From Candidatus Sericytochromatia bacterium (GTDB lineage Bacteria > Cyanobacteriota > Sericytochromatia > UBA7694), in contig JADMKE010000003.1 in the NCBI GenBank assembly GCA_018780035.1, positions 274,753 through 338,752 of the forward strand: a DNA stretch of 64,000 bases. The letters are read 5' to 3'. Position 1 is the stretch's first letter. Every line of letters starts with the position of its first letter. This document shows positions 48,297-58,559 of this stretch, piece by piece. The notes under the pieces are model-generated. The model saw nothing but the letters and a program-made list of their open reading frames with translations. It was not told the DNA's origin and did not search any database. The position numbers and the translations under genes were made by a program.

Positions 48297-49115
48297 TTGC
48301 CCAATCATTTTGCTGATCTCAGACAATATTTTTGCTCAAAGAACGTTACAATGTTGACGATGCTTCAACTCAGTGCCCTCCATAACGAACTCAATGCATT
48401 TAAATGCACGTTTCCTGCCAGTTTGCTTTGCGATTTGCAAGGGGAATTTGAGCGGGAAGTTCGGCCCTTTTTTGAAGATCCTGCCCAAGCTGAGTTGTTG
48501 CGGGGAGGAAAATACCAACATTTGCTTCTGCCGGGGCGAGATTATTCGCTCTGCTCCTACGATACCGACCCCTTGTTTTGGGTCGCCAATCGTCGGGCCT
48601 CCAATTATACTTTGTTTAAAGCTTTTTTTGATGCCTTGGGTCTGGAGCAGGCTCTCAAGCCCAAAATTAAACACAAACAGCAATTGGTGATGTACTGCGG
48701 CTTCTTTGTGGTCGGAAATCAGGCCCCCGATCCCAATTGGCATTATGATTATCGCCCAGGTGCCCCAGCATATACCCTGATCACACCGCTCTTTGAACTG
48801 AGTCCCGAACATGGCCAATTGCTTTATGAATTGCCTGATCGCCAGCGCCAGCTTTACCGTTACACACCCAACGAAGCGATTGTCTTTGGCGAGGGGTTTT
48901 TGCACAGTACCGAGCCCTATGAACCCAGCCCAAATTTGCGGGTTTTGCTCAGTTTGACCTGTGGCACAGATTTAATTGAATACTGGCCCATTCTGAAGCA
49001 GAACATTGAAGAACAATCGGACTTTTATGCTCTGCCCTGTGGGCATTTCAAGGGGGGCTGCAGGTGTTTAGAGCCCACTTTTTGGCAAAAATGGCAGGCC
49101 TTTTTTAAGGCCTAA
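48297..49115 (+). CDS. Hypothetical protein (possible 2OG-Fe(II)-oxygenase/cupin-like HxD...H)
   Basis: 'NWHYDYRP ... GFLHSTEP' gives an HxD...H spacing. Tentative. Confidence 0.35.
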   Translation: MPNHFADLRQYFCSKNVTMLTMLQLSALHNELNAFKCTFPASLLCDLQGEFEREVRPFFEDPAQAELLRGGKYQHLLLPGRDYSLCSYDTDPLFWVANRRASNYTLFKAFFDALGLEQALKPKIKHKQQLVMYCGFFVVGNQAPDPNWHYDYRPGAPAYTLITPLFELSPEHGQLLYELPDRQRQLYRYTPNEAIVFGEGFLHSTEPYEPSPNLRVLLSLTCGTDLIEYWPILKQNIEEQSDFYALPCGHFKGGCRCLEPTFWQKWQAFFKA

Positions 49116-49222
49116 AGCGACTTTATTGTGTTTTAAATGGCGCTCAAGACAGGCCCAGAGCTGTTAAAATACCGTTTGTTTCAACCCCAAACCACAGAAT
49201 CCAGACCAAAGAATAAATAGCT

Positions 49223-50845
49223 ATGTTACGTCTCACCGAATTTAAACTTCCGCTTGAACACACAGAAGAAGAGTTCAAAACAGCCCTGCTCAAACGCCTC
49301 GAACTCTCTGCTGGCGAACTCGTGGACCACCAGATATTTCGCCGTGCAGTGGATGCCCGCAAACCCGCAGAGATGCGTTTTATCTATACCCTCGATCTGC
49401 AAGTCAAAAATGAAAAAGCGCTTTTAAAGCGTTTCAAAAAAGACAAACATCTGGGTCTGACCCCCGATAGCACTTACCAATTTGTGGCCCAGGCCCCGCC
49501 CGAACTGGAAAACCAGCCTGGTCACAAGCGGCCAGTGATTATTGGCATGGGGCCTGCTGGTTTATTTGCGGGCCTGATACTGGCACAGGCGGGTTTTAAA
49601 CCCCTGATTTTGGAACGGGGCAAAGTGGTACGCGAGCGCACCAAAGACACCTGGGATCTCTGGCGCAAAAAAATTCTGCACCCGGAGTCCAACGTGCAAT
49701 TTGGCGAAGGCGGAGCTGGGACTTTTTCGGATGGCAAACTCTATAGCCGCATTCAAGACCCCAAACACTATGGCCGCAAGGTGCTCTTAGAATTTGTCAA
49801 AGCAGGCGCACCCGAAGAGATATTGTACGTGAGTAAACCGCATATTGGTACCTTTCGGCTGGTCAGCATGGTCGAAAAAATGCGGGCCGAGATGATTGCT
49901 CTGGGCGCAGAAATCCGCTTTGAAAGCCGGGTGACAGATATTCAGATCGAAGCGGGCCAGGTCAAAGGCGTGGAGCTGGCCAGTGGCGAAAAAATTGCCA
50001 CGGATCACCTCGTTTTGGCCATTGGCCACAGCGCACGGGATACCTTTGAAATGCTCTTGGAACGGGGCGTATACATGGAGCCCAAACCCTTTTCAATCGG
50101 TTTTCGGATTGAACACCCGCAGTCGATCATCGACCAGGCCCGATATGGTCCCTATGCCGGGCACCCTTTATTGGGGGCGGCTGATTATAAACTGGTACAC
50201 CATGCCAGCAATGGCCGCTCAGTTTATAGCTTCTGTATGTGCCCCGGCGGCACGGTGGTCGCAGCAGCTTCGGAGCCGGGCCGGGTCGTCACCAACGGCA
50301 TGAGCCAATACTCACGCAAGGAGCGCAATGCCAATAGCGGAATCGTGGTTGAAATCACCCCCGAAAAAGACTTTCCAGATGGCCCCTTGGCAGGGGTTGC
50401 CTTGCAGCGTCACTGGGAAGAAATGGCTTTTTTACAGGGTGGCAGCAATTACGAAGCCCCCGGTCAATTGATTGGGGATTTTTTGGCTGACCGCCCCTCA
50501 ACCGAATTTGGCAGTGTCTTACCCTCGTATACCCCCGGTGTCAAACTCGGTGACCTGAGCAAGGTCATGCCCGAGTTTGTGATTGCCGCGATCCGCGAAG
50601 CCATCCCTGCTTTTGCCAAACAAATTCCGGGTTTTGACAGGCCCGATGCCATGTTGACAGGGGTGGAAACCCGCACCTCTTCGCCTGTACGCATCAAACG
50701 TGAGAAAGAGAGTCTGCAAAGTCTCAATGTGAAAGGGCTTTATCCAACTGGCGAAGGGGCCGGATATGCAGGAGGCATTCTCTCTGCTGCCGTGGATGGC
50801 ATCAAAGTAGCCGAAGCGGTGTCTCTGAGTTTGCTTAGTCAGTGA
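49223..50845 (+). CDS. FAD-dependent oxidoreductase (COG2509-like)
   Basis: 'VIIGMGPAGLFAGL' dinucleotide-binding motif. 540 aa. Confidence 0.6.
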   Translation: MLRLTEFKLPLEHTEEEFKTALLKRLELSAGELVDHQIFRRAVDARKPAEMRFIYTLDLQVKNEKALLKRFKKDKHLGLTPDSTYQFVAQAPPELENQPGHKRPVIIGMGPAGLFAGLILAQAGFKPLILERGKVVRERTKDTWDLWRKKILHPESNVQFGEGGAGTFSDGKLYSRIQDPKHYGRKVLLEFVKAGAPEEILYVSKPHIGTFRLVSMVEKMRAEMIALGAEIRFESRVTDIQIEAGQVKGVELASGEKIATDHLVLAIGHSARDTFEMLLERGVYMEPKPFSIGFRIEHPQSIIDQARYGPYAGHPLLGAADYKLVHHASNGRSVYSFCMCPGGTVVAAASEPGRVVTNGMSQYSRKERNANSGIVVEITPEKDFPDGPLAGVALQRHWEEMAFLQGGSNYEAPGQLIGDFLADRPSTEFGSVLPSYTPGVKLGDLSKVMPEFVIAAIREAIPAFAKQIPGFDRPDAMLTGVETRTSSPVRIKREKESLQSLNVKGLYPTGEGAGYAGGILSAAVDGIKVAEAVSLSLLSQ

Positions 50846-51971
50846 GCAATTCAAAGCTCTGAAGCGGGTACAATTGGCCGTTGATCTGCAGTGCCAGTGA
50901 GTGGGTGCCTGGGTAAAGGGCCCGCGTGGTCATGGGCTTTAAAACATGGCGTTTGGCGATTTTGAGTGTTTGACCGGCTTCCAATTGGGCCTGTTTAAGT
51001 TTAAAGACCTTGGTGCGCAAAGGGCCTCCTCGGGCGGCCTGAAAGCCAATTTGGTAGTCGATCATCAGCACCGTGTCTTGCTCAACAAACAGGTTGCATG
51101 CAAATTCCAAGGCCTCACCCAATCTGACCTGTGGGCTGTGTTGCCAATCGTGCAAGCTGACTGTGGCCGGGGCAAAGCCCAACAGGGCCAAGGCTTCCGC
51201 ATGGCCCTGGCGCGAGAGTGTGCGCAGGGCATGGCGGGTGATAAAATCCATTTCCGCTGGGGTTTGTTTTGCTTGGCGTTGCCAGCTTTTGAGGGTGCGA
51301 ATCACCTCCTCGGGGTGGCTTTTGGACCAATCATTCAGGTGATTGGCGACCGAACGGGTAACAAAACGGGTGCGGTCGGCATAGAGGCGATTTAAAAGCG
51401 GCTCGGCTTGCTCCCAGCGGATGGGAATCGCTGGCGCCCAGGGCAATTTGGGCCGGGTGCCTTCACTGACCAAACGCCGCACATGGTAATGAGAATCTTG
51501 GCTCCAATCTGCCAAAGTCGCATAGGTCTCTGCCGGAAAGGCCTTGATAAAGGCGCGGATCGCATCTTCAGCAGAAAAACGGGTGGTGATTTCTTTGAGG
51601 GCCGCCAGTGAAAAATCCAGAACAGCCTGCTGACAGCCATAAACTGCGACAAAGTCCGAAAAGGGCGCATAGCTAAAACTGCCAAAGTCGTCGTCGCTTA
51701 ATTCGGGGTTGCAGGGGGCGGGCAAGGCCTTGAGCAGGATTGCCACAGCAGCCCTGTAATCATCTGGCAAAAAGGCCCTGAGTTGTTCACGGATCCAGGC
51801 AATTCGGGCTTTGAGTTCGCGTTCGGGGAAGCCCTTGACGCAGGCTTGGGTAAACGCCTGGGTCTGAAAAGACGGGTGAACGGCCTCTAAACGTGTTGCC
51901 AGATCTTGTACCTTGGTTGGGTTAAACAGGTGGTCTTTGAGCGAAAAGCGCTCGGTAGGAATCTCTAACAT
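50835..51971 (-). CDS. HEAT-like protein of the DNA alkylation repair enzyme family (tentative)
   Basis: Helical repeat composition, 'YHVRRLVSEGTRPKLPW'. Family assignment is low confidence. Confidence 0.4.
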   Translation of the reverse strand: MLEIPTERFSLKDHLFNPTKVQDLATRLEAVHPSFQTQAFTQACVKGFPERELKARIAWIREQLRAFLPDDYRAAVAILLKALPAPCNPELSDDDFGSFSYAPFSDFVAVYGCQQAVLDFSLAALKEITTRFSAEDAIRAFIKAFPAETYATLADWSQDSHYHVRRLVSEGTRPKLPWAPAIPIRWEQAEPLLNRLYADRTRFVTRSVANHLNDWSKSHPEEVIRTLKSWQRQAKQTPAEMDFITRHALRTLSRQGHAEALALLGFAPATVSLHDWQHSPQVRLGEALEFACNLFVEQDTVLMIDYQIGFQAARGGPLRTKVFKLKQAQLEAGQTLKIAKRHVLKPMTTRALYPGTHSLALQINGQLYPLQSFELLTD

Positions 51972-51974
51972 GAC

Positions 51975-52355
51975 TTAATCCTCGTCCGAAATCACATCGC
52001 CTTCGGCAATCACGGTGATGGGATTGTAAATACCACTTGTCAGGAAATTCAAAACAAAATCAAGAAAGGTAAATTCAGATTTAATCCTGACATTGACGGC
52101 TGCTGTGCCCCCAGAATCGTGTACCTCTTTCATGATTTCAGACGCAATATCTGGCTTGGAAAACTCAATTAAACCAATGATGAGGTGGTGACTGGTCGCT
52201 TGAATGCGAAAATGTTTAATGGGCTTTTTTTTCGTGGGATTGTTCATCACAATCGGTGTGTCTGCCATGTGTGCGTCCAAAGTAATGGTATAACAAGAAG
52301 TCAGGAGGAGCACCATCAGCAACCCCAAAGAGACAGACAAAACAGATTTTAACAT
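51975..52355 (-). CDS. Small lipoprotein
   Basis: 'MLKSVLSVSLGLLMVLLLTSC' lipobox. 126 aa. Confidence 0.4.
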   Translation of the reverse strand: MLKSVLSVSLGLLMVLLLTSCYTITLDAHMADTPIVMNNPTKKKPIKHFRIQATSHHLIIGLIEFSKPDIASEIMKEVHDSGGTAAVNVRIKSEFTFLDFVLNFLTSGIYNPITVIAEGDVISDED

Positions 52356-52543
52356 AGAGATTCCTCACATTTTGGGCCCACAATCTGAAAAAGTATACCA
52401 TACCAAGCATATCTTCCCCATTCTTACAAACCTACTCGTACACCCACTTATATGCTCAAGGGACTGGGCCGGAAACTGAATCCGGTATAAGATACAAAAT
52501 AAAGTAAACGCTCAAAGATTCTCTCAATGAACTCAGAAAGCAG

Positions 52544-53311
52544 GTGATACCCATGAATACCGCTCCCCGCAAGGCCCTGATTACCGGTGCTGGCCGTGGC
52601 ATTGGCAAAGCCATTGCGCTTGAATTGTCAGGCAGTGGTCATCACGTTTGCCTGTTGAGCCGGACTGAATCAGAGCTAAAAAACGTCTGTGCCGAAATTG
52701 AAGCGCGCGGGGGCCAGGCCTCCTATCTCTGTTTTGACCTGAGTGATGCCGCTGGATATCCTGGGCTAAAAGCCCAAGTAGAAAGCCAATTGGGCCGGGT
52801 GGATGTATTGGTTCACAATGCCGCTCCAAGTTATCGCCCAGCCAAACTGACACGTATGGCCCCTGCTGATTGGCAAAAGACCCTGAGTGTGAATCTTGAG
52901 GCCCTGGCGCAGCTCTGTGGGCAATTTTTAGAACCCATGCGCGAAGCGGGTTGGGGCAGAGTTGTCAGCATTGGTTCGCTTTCGGGAGTGCTGGGAGCGG
53001 GTTCTTACCCGGCCTATTGCGCTGCCAAAGCAGGGATGGAAGGGCTGACCAAAAATTTGGCCATTGACTATTCCCGCTATGGGATTACCATCAATATGGT
53101 CAGTCCGGGCTTTGTCGAGACCGAAAGGTTTAAGCAGGCTGCTCCCCCCGAAATGGTAGAAAAATTCAAACAGGCCACAGCCATTAAACGTCTGGGGCAA
53201 CCCGAAGACGTGGCCCATGCCGTGGATTTTTTGGCTTCCGACAAAGCGGCGTTTATCACCGGTATTAATTTATTGGTTTGTGGTGGGCTGAATCTGGGCA
53301 ATCTCTGGTAA
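52544..53311 (+). CDS. SDR-family oxidoreductase (FabG-like)
   Basis: 'ALITGAGRGIGKAIA', 'YCAAKAG' catalytic YxxxK, 'NMVSPGFVET'. Confidence 0.75.
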   Translation: MIPMNTAPRKALITGAGRGIGKAIALELSGSGHHVCLLSRTESELKNVCAEIEARGGQASYLCFDLSDAAGYPGLKAQVESQLGRVDVLVHNAAPSYRPAKLTRMAPADWQKTLSVNLEALAQLCGQFLEPMREAGWGRVVSIGSLSGVLGAGSYPAYCAAKAGMEGLTKNLAIDYSRYGITINMVSPGFVETERFKQAAPPEMVEKFKQATAIKRLGQPEDVAHAVDFLASDKAAFITGINLLVCGGLNLGNLW

Positions 53312-53370
53312 CCCCTCTGCGCTTGTAGGCAGCCGGGCTATAATGGGGAGACCCAACAAAGAGAAAGGCT

Positions 53371-54789
53371 GTGTCAGCCACCATGCGCAAATTGCAAAAG
53401 GGAGACCTGCTCGAAGTCACGATCGACAAACTCGTGTCTGGAGGGGAGGGTCTTGGCAAAGTCTTTGGCTATCCTGTTTTTGTCCCCGGCGGACTGCCGG
53501 GTGATCACGGAGCCGTGGAAATGGTTTCGGTCAAAAAAGACTATGGTCGGGGCCTGATGGTGCAGCGCTGGGATGATGGTCCGACCCGGGTCGTTCCCCC
53601 CTGTCCCTTGACTGAAAGCTGTGGCGGCTGTCAATGGCAGCATCTGGATTACCCCGCACAATTGGAAAACAAACGCGCCCTGCTGATTGAGACCCTTTCG
53701 CGACTGGGCAAATTGCCCGAAGTCGAATTAGAAAATTGGGTCAAAGCCCCGCTTGGCATGCAAGATCCCTGGCGCTACCGCAACAAAGGTCAATTTCCCT
53801 TCCAAACCATTGAGGGCCAAGCCCGGGGCGGTTTTTTTGCCCCCCGCAGTCATACCTTGGTTCCGATTCAAGACTGTCTGATTCATCCTCCTGCCATGAA
53901 CGCAGCCTTGAACCAAGTGGAAGCGGCTCTGAATCAACTCAATATCCCGATTTATGACGAAAAAACCCATTCGGGTTTTTTGCGCCATGTGCTGATCCGC
54001 GAATCCACCACCCACCCGCAAATCCTGGTGGGGCTTGTGACCCGAGATTGGGAACATCCAGCCTTGGCGGCCCTGGTCGAAAAACTCAGCCTAGAAATCC
54101 CCAATTTGGTGGGTCTGGTTCAGAACCGCAACCCCGAACCCGGCAACCGCATTCTCGGACGCGAGACCCGCACCCTCTGGGGCAAAGACTCCCTTAAAGA
54201 GAGTTTGGGTGACTTGCACTTTAGCATTTCTCTGCCCTCATTTTTTCAGGTCAATTCACAGCAGACCGTCGTTTTGTATGAGACGATCAATTCCCTGGCT
54301 GAACTCAGCGGCAGTGAAACCGTCGTGGATGCCTTTGCCGGAGCCGGAACGATTGGCCTCTGGTTGGCCAAACAGGCCAAACAGGTCTATTGTTTGGAAT
54401 CGGTCAATGAGGCCATTGCCGATGGCAAAATTAACCGGGCCCTCAACCAAATCGAAAATTTGGAGTTTCGCCAGGGTGTGGTTGAAAAACTCTTGCCAGA
54501 TCTGCTGGCCCAAACCAAAGCCGATCTGGTCATCCTCGACCCCCCGCGGAAGGGCTGTGAGCCTGCTGTTCTGGCCAGTTTGATTCGATCAGAAGTGCCC
54601 AAGGTGATCTATGTTTCTTGTAATCCTGCCACTTTGGCGCGCGATTTGGCACTGCTGGCAGAACATTACGAGATCTCCGCGATTCAGCCGATAGACCTCT
54701 TTCCCCACACCCACCACCTCGAAACGGTGGTGCTTTTGACACGCGGGGGAGCAGATCAGGCCGCACCCAATGAGCCCCCTACCAGTTAA
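53371..54789 (+). CDS. rlmD: 23S rRNA (uracil-5-)-methyltransferase RlmD/RumA family
   Basis: N-terminal TRAM domain. Fe-S Cys cluster 'CPLTESCGGCQWQHL'. Methyltransferase motifs 'VVDAFAGAGTIGL' and 'LDPPRKGC'. C-terminal 'YVSCNPATLARD'. Confidence 0.75.
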   Translation: MSATMRKLQKGDLLEVTIDKLVSGGEGLGKVFGYPVFVPGGLPGDHGAVEMVSVKKDYGRGLMVQRWDDGPTRVVPPCPLTESCGGCQWQHLDYPAQLENKRALLIETLSRLGKLPEVELENWVKAPLGMQDPWRYRNKGQFPFQTIEGQARGGFFAPRSHTLVPIQDCLIHPPAMNAALNQVEAALNQLNIPIYDEKTHSGFLRHVLIRESTTHPQILVGLVTRDWEHPALAALVEKLSLEIPNLVGLVQNRNPEPGNRILGRETRTLWGKDSLKESLGDLHFSISLPSFFQVNSQQTVVLYETINSLAELSGSETVVDAFAGAGTIGLWLAKQAKQVYCLESVNEAIADGKINRALNQIENLEFRQGVVEKLLPDLLAQTKADLVILDPPRKGCEPAVLASLIRSEVPKVIYVSCNPATLARDLALLAEHYEISAIQPIDLFPHTHHLETVVLLTRGGADQAAPNEPPTS

Positions 54790-54812
54790 ACCAAGACTTG
54801 AGGAAATAGACG

Positions 54813-55265
54813 TTAGGTTTTGCCTTTGCGCCTGTACCAAAATTTGATGTGGAAATCGATGGCTTGGTTAAGTGCCTCGGTAGAGAGTTGAAACAAGGCT
54901 AAAAATTGGGCCAAGTTGAGACGCTCTGCATAATCCAGCAAAGGGCCCGCCGGGCGGCTAGATAAGCGTCTGAGCAGGGGATCCAAATAACCTGTTTGGT
55001 GTAAGATTGCCAGCAGGGCCTTTTTTTCTCCTGCTTGGGTAAGGTCATAGATAGCCAGTAGGGTTTCATTCAATTCCCCGCTTGTGTGCTGGGCCAGTGC
55101 TTTTAGCACCAAACTCAAGCCATTGCCTGTGCGCTGGTGGGCTGTTTCAAGTAAAAGCGTTTTAAGCACAGCCAACGAAGCGCCTGATAAGCTCTTTTTA
55201 ATCAGGGCCAAACGCTGTTTTTTGTCTGGGGTACGCAGGGCGATTTTTAATTCTTCTGGCGTCAC
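54813..55265 (-). CDS. Hypothetical helical protein
   Basis: 150-aa ORF with alpha-helical repeat-like composition. Confidence 0.35.
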   Translation of the reverse strand: MTPEELKIALRTPDKKQRLALIKKSLSGASLAVLKTLLLETAHQRTGNGLSLVLKALAQHTSGELNETLLAIYDLTQAGEKKALLAILHQTGYLDPLLRRLSSRPAGPLLDYAERLNLAQFLALFQLSTEALNQAIDFHIKFWYRRKGKT

Positions 55266-55352
55266 AGGTCATTCCTTTTGTCTTTGGGGGCTGACACATT
55301 CCCCGTCGACTGGTATATTAACCCTTAAACCTGCTCAAGAGAAAGTCCGTTT

Positions 55353-56075
55353 ATGTCACTCAATACGCCCACTCAACCACCTTCGGTTTTTACAAACGAA
55401 TGGGGCATGGAATTTGTAAAGATTCAGCCCGGCCCCTTTAAAATGGGCAAATATTTATTGCCCTCAGATTATTTTGCCAACGAAGTCTTGCACCCAGTGA
55501 CCCTGACCCGTCCCTATTATATGCAGACCACAACGGTAACCCAGGCCCAGTGGTCAGCTTTGATGGGTTCTAACCCCTCTAAATTTACAGGGGATCCCCA
55601 ATTGCCTGTGGATTCGGTTTCTTGGTCCGATGCCCAGGCCCTGATTCGGGTCTTAAATGAAAAAGGAAAGGGCGGCTACCGCCTGCCCAGTGAAGCCGAG
55701 TGGGAATATGCCTCACGGGCCGGGTCTGACGAACACTTTTATTTCGGTTCAGATTCAAGCGCTTTGGTTGAACACGCTTGGATGGAGAAGAATGCAGGAA
55801 AAAAGACCCACCCCGTAGCCCAAAAGCTTCCCAATCCGTGGGGGCTCTACGACCTCTATGGCAATGTCTGGGAGTGGGTGCAGGATTATTATACCGATTA
55901 TCCCCTTTATGCTTTAACCGATCCAACGGGGCCGAGCAAAGGTTCCAAACGGGTGATTCGGGGCGGTTGTTATATGATTGGTGATTCCCGCTGCAATTCG
56001 TATGCCCGTGGTTTAAGTGCGGGCTCAGTTAAGAAACCCGCATACGGCATTCGTCTGGCCAAAAGCCTGGATTAA
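55353..56075 (+). CDS. Formylglycine-generating-enzyme (SUMF1/FGE-sulfatase) domain protein
   Basis: 'GGYRLPSEAEWEYASRAG', 'GNVWEWVQD', 'RVIRGGCYMI'. Confidence 0.7.
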   Translation: MSLNTPTQPPSVFTNEWGMEFVKIQPGPFKMGKYLLPSDYFANEVLHPVTLTRPYYMQTTTVTQAQWSALMGSNPSKFTGDPQLPVDSVSWSDAQALIRVLNEKGKGGYRLPSEAEWEYASRAGSDEHFYFGSDSSALVEHAWMEKNAGKKTHPVAQKLPNPWGLYDLYGNVWEWVQDYYTDYPLYALTDPTGPSKGSKRVIRGGCYMIGDSRCNSYARGLSAGSVKKPAYGIRLAKSLD

Positions 56076-56653
56076 ACAGTATAAAAAATCAGGCCTTGTT
56101 GGGCCTCTGCAGCACTTTTAAACCAGCCTTTGGCTTGTTTGAGTGCCTTGACCACATCCCCATCGGGGTGTTTGAGCTTCAGGGCCGAAAACAGACCCAA
56201 TAATTCAATTGCCTTTTCTGGGTTGACCGTATAGACCCCCGGTAACTCATCGGGATGGGCCATGGGCATTGGGGTCTTAAAGCAGAGAAAGTTTTCAAAG
56301 GCCCAGCCCTTCAATCCCATGCCTTCAGCTGCCTCATCGAGGGTTTCGAGCCAGCTCAGGCGATAGGGGCAAAATTCAGAATTGACAAGGGTTTTTCCGA
56401 TTTCAGCCAGAATCAACCGCAGGGCATAGGCATGGGCCGTGCCACCGGGTCCCGAGGCGGGATATTTGCCGGTGAAGAGATCTGAAAGCAATTCAGCGGC
56501 CGATTTGGCTGCTCCCCAATTTGCTTGCAATTGCTGAAAACGGTGATGATGGCGTTTTTGCAGAGCCAAGGCCTTCATCTCCGCATTTTCACCGTCGCAG
56601 AGAGAGTGCAAATGGGCAAAATCCAGCAGATAGACTTCAGTACAGAAACTCAT
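56072..56653 (-). CDS. Hypothetical protein
   Basis: 193-aa ORF convergent with the FGE gene, overlapping by 4 nt. Confidence 0.35.
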   Translation of the reverse strand: MSFCTEVYLLDFAHLHSLCDGENAEMKALALQKRHHHRFQQLQANWGAAKSAAELLSDLFTGKYPASGPGGTAHAYALRLILAEIGKTLVNSEFCPYRLSWLETLDEAAEGMGLKGWAFENFLCFKTPMPMAHPDELPGVYTVNPEKAIELLGLFSALKLKHPDGDVVKALKQAKGWFKSAAEAQQGLIFYTV

Positions 56654-56716
56654 TCCAGGCTTTCCTCGGTTTTTCTTGTGGACTGAAACCAGTATACTAG
56701 AACCAGATTAAAATCC

Positions 56717-57175
56717 ATGCCCAGGATGTGTTCCATGCCAAAAGTCTCTGTTCTGCTCTGTTGCTTTATCAGCTTGTTTTCTTGTTTGCTTTTAAGTGGT
56801 GCTGCCCAAGAAAAAGCCCAAACATTGCCCAGCTTTAAACTCAGCTGTGCCCAAGGCCAGACCCCCCAAAAATGTCTGAATCAAGCTGTGACACTTGAAG
56901 CGCAAATCGCTGGCTTTGACGAAGAATCAGCCCGAGAAATTCTGCAACACCCGGACATGCGTCCGCCCTTTGGTGAATGGGAACAATACCAAACGGTGAT
57001 CTCCAGCAATATGGGGCAGGTCAATATCTTAACCGAGACAAAGATCACCTGCCCCAAGGTCAAATTGCAGGGTGTGTTAACGGAATACACCCTGAATTGT
57101 GGGGCTGACCAAGGTGGCAAATGTGATTATCACAGTTATGTGATTCAGCTCAAATCGTTTAGCTGCCTAAAATAG
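56717..57175 (+). CDS. Secreted Cys-containing hypothetical protein
   Basis: Signal peptide 'MPKVSVLLCCFISLFSCLLLSGAAQ'. Confidence 0.35.
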   Translation: MPRMCSMPKVSVLLCCFISLFSCLLLSGAAQEKAQTLPSFKLSCAQGQTPQKCLNQAVTLEAQIAGFDEESAREILQHPDMRPPFGEWEQYQTVISSNMGQVNILTETKITCPKVKLQGVLTEYTLNCGADQGGKCDYHSYVIQLKSFSCLK

Positions 57176-57177
57176 CT

Positions 57178-58557
57178 TTATTTGGGGGCTGCCAGGATCG
57201 ACAGAGCATCCCAAGCGGAAAAAATCCCTTTGACCTTGTGCAAATGGGTGATCACCAGATGGCTCAGTTGGTGATCTACCATCTGTTTGCAGGCTTCTTG
57301 CACCGTACAATCTGGCGCAATTTCCATCATCGCTTGGTTGTCCATAAAATCCCTGACCGGCAGATCCAGAACTGCCATGGGATCTTCTTGCACCATGACA
57401 CCATTGTCGAAGGAAGTGAGCATTTTCTGAGAAAAGGTATAAGAAAAAATATCCGACATGCTGATCAATCCCAAATAGCGCATGCTTTGGTAGTCCACGA
57501 TCGGAACCGCAGAAATTTGGCGTTTGTGGCAGAGTCCTGCAAATTGTTCAACGGTGGTTGAATCCACAACGCAGGCCACATTTTTGGACATCACATCGGA
57601 CATTCTTAAAACACCGTCCTGAGACTCTGGATAATCTTCATTGGGTTCAACCACCACTTGGTGATCTTCGCCTTTTCGGGATTCTTGAATTCGCTTCATA
57701 ATGGCGGCAACAATCTCGTGGGGCGTCTGTCTCTGTTTTTCTGCGGGTGCGGCTACTTTTGTTTGTTCGGCATAGTGTTTTTGCAATGCCTCTTTGGTGT
57801 ACTCCCATTTTTCAGTTTGCTCGTCTTGTGCAACTGATTCGTCTGGGGATTTGTCTTGAGCTGGCGTCTGGGTTTGGGCGTGGGTTGATTTTCGCTCAGG
57901 TGCTTGTGCTGCATGGTAAGGATCATTGTCTGTGAAATTACGCTCGGTCTCTTGAGCCGCATGGTAGGGGTCCGATTGGCGGGAATCTATTTGTTCGGGT
58001 TGATCGCTGGGGTTTACGGCTGGCTGGACAGCAGCTTTAGCTTGAGCGGGTGCAGGCGTTTCAACTGGCATCTTGCCTTGGACACTCGATTCTTGAACCG
58101 GGGTTTCTTGGGCGTGGCCAGACTGGGCTGGTGCAGTTTGAGCAGGGGCAGTCTGAACAGGTTCAGCGTGGGTGGGTGCAGCTTGAGCAGGTTCAGCGTG
58201 GGTGGGTGCAGCTTGAGCAGGTTCAGTTTGAGCAGGTTCAGCTTGGACAGGGGCAGTTTGAGCAGGTTCAGCGTGGGCGGGTGCAGTTTGAGCGGGTTCA
58301 GTTTGAGCGGGTTCAGTTTGAGCGGGTTCAGTTTGGGCGGGTGCAGTTTGGGCAGGGGCAGTTTGAGCAGGTGCTGCTTTGGCCGCTGCCGCTTGGGCAG
58401 ATAGGGCTTGCTCACTTTCGCTCTCTGGCTCAAGGGTCTGAGCGTTGGCAAAGGTTACCAGCTCGATGCTGTTTTGCTTTTTTTCTTGAGTGGGAGGTCC
58501 CTGTGCTTTTTTTATCTCATTTTTGACTGTTGATTTCTTGTAATTAACTTTACTCAT
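57178..58557 (-). CDS. CBS-domain-pair protein with N-terminal (AQTEP)n low-complexity repeats
   Basis: C-terminal tandem CBS domains ('ACVVDSTTVEQ...ISAVPIVD', 'MMEIAPDCTVQEACKQMVDHQLSHLVITH'). The N-terminal half is 'APAQTAPAQTEPAQTEPAQTEPAQTAPAHAEPAQTAP...'. Confidence 0.6.
   Translation of the reverse strand: MSKVNYKKSTVKNEIKKAQGPPTQEKKQNSIELVTFANAQTLEPESESEQALSAQAAAAKAAPAQTAPAQTAPAQTEPAQTEPAQTEPAQTAPAHAEPAQTAPVQAEPAQTEPAQAAPTHAEPAQAAPTHAEPVQTAPAQTAPAQSGHAQETPVQESSVQGKMPVETPAPAQAKAAVQPAVNPSDQPEQIDSRQSDPYHAAQETERNFTDNDPYHAAQAPERKSTHAQTQTPAQDKSPDESVAQDEQTEKWEYTKEALQKHYAEQTKVAAPAEKQRQTPHEIVAAIMKRIQESRKGEDHQVVVEPNEDYPESQDGVLRMSDVMSKNVACVVDSTTVEQFAGLCHKRQISAVPIVDYQSMRYLGLISMSDIFSYTFSQKMLTSFDNGVMVQEDPMAVLDLPVRDFMDNQAMMEIAPDCTVQEACKQMVDHQLSHLVITHLHKVKGIFSAWDALSILAAPK
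58130..58365 (-). repeat. In-frame 15-nt tandem repeat (gggttcagtttgagc-like, about 15 copies) encoding the (AQTEP)n tract
   Basis: Visible on the + strand as 'gcaggttcagcgtgggtgggtgcagcttgagcaggttcagcgtgggtgggtgcagcttgagcaggttcagtttgagc...gggttcagtttgagcgggttcagtttgagcgggttcagtttggg'. Confidence 0.6.
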
Positions 58558-58559
58558 CT

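Noticed and set aside
58130-58365. CRISPR array
   Set aside because: The repeats are 15 nt, contiguous with no spacers, and in-frame inside a coding region. I found no repeat-spacer architecture anywhere in the window.
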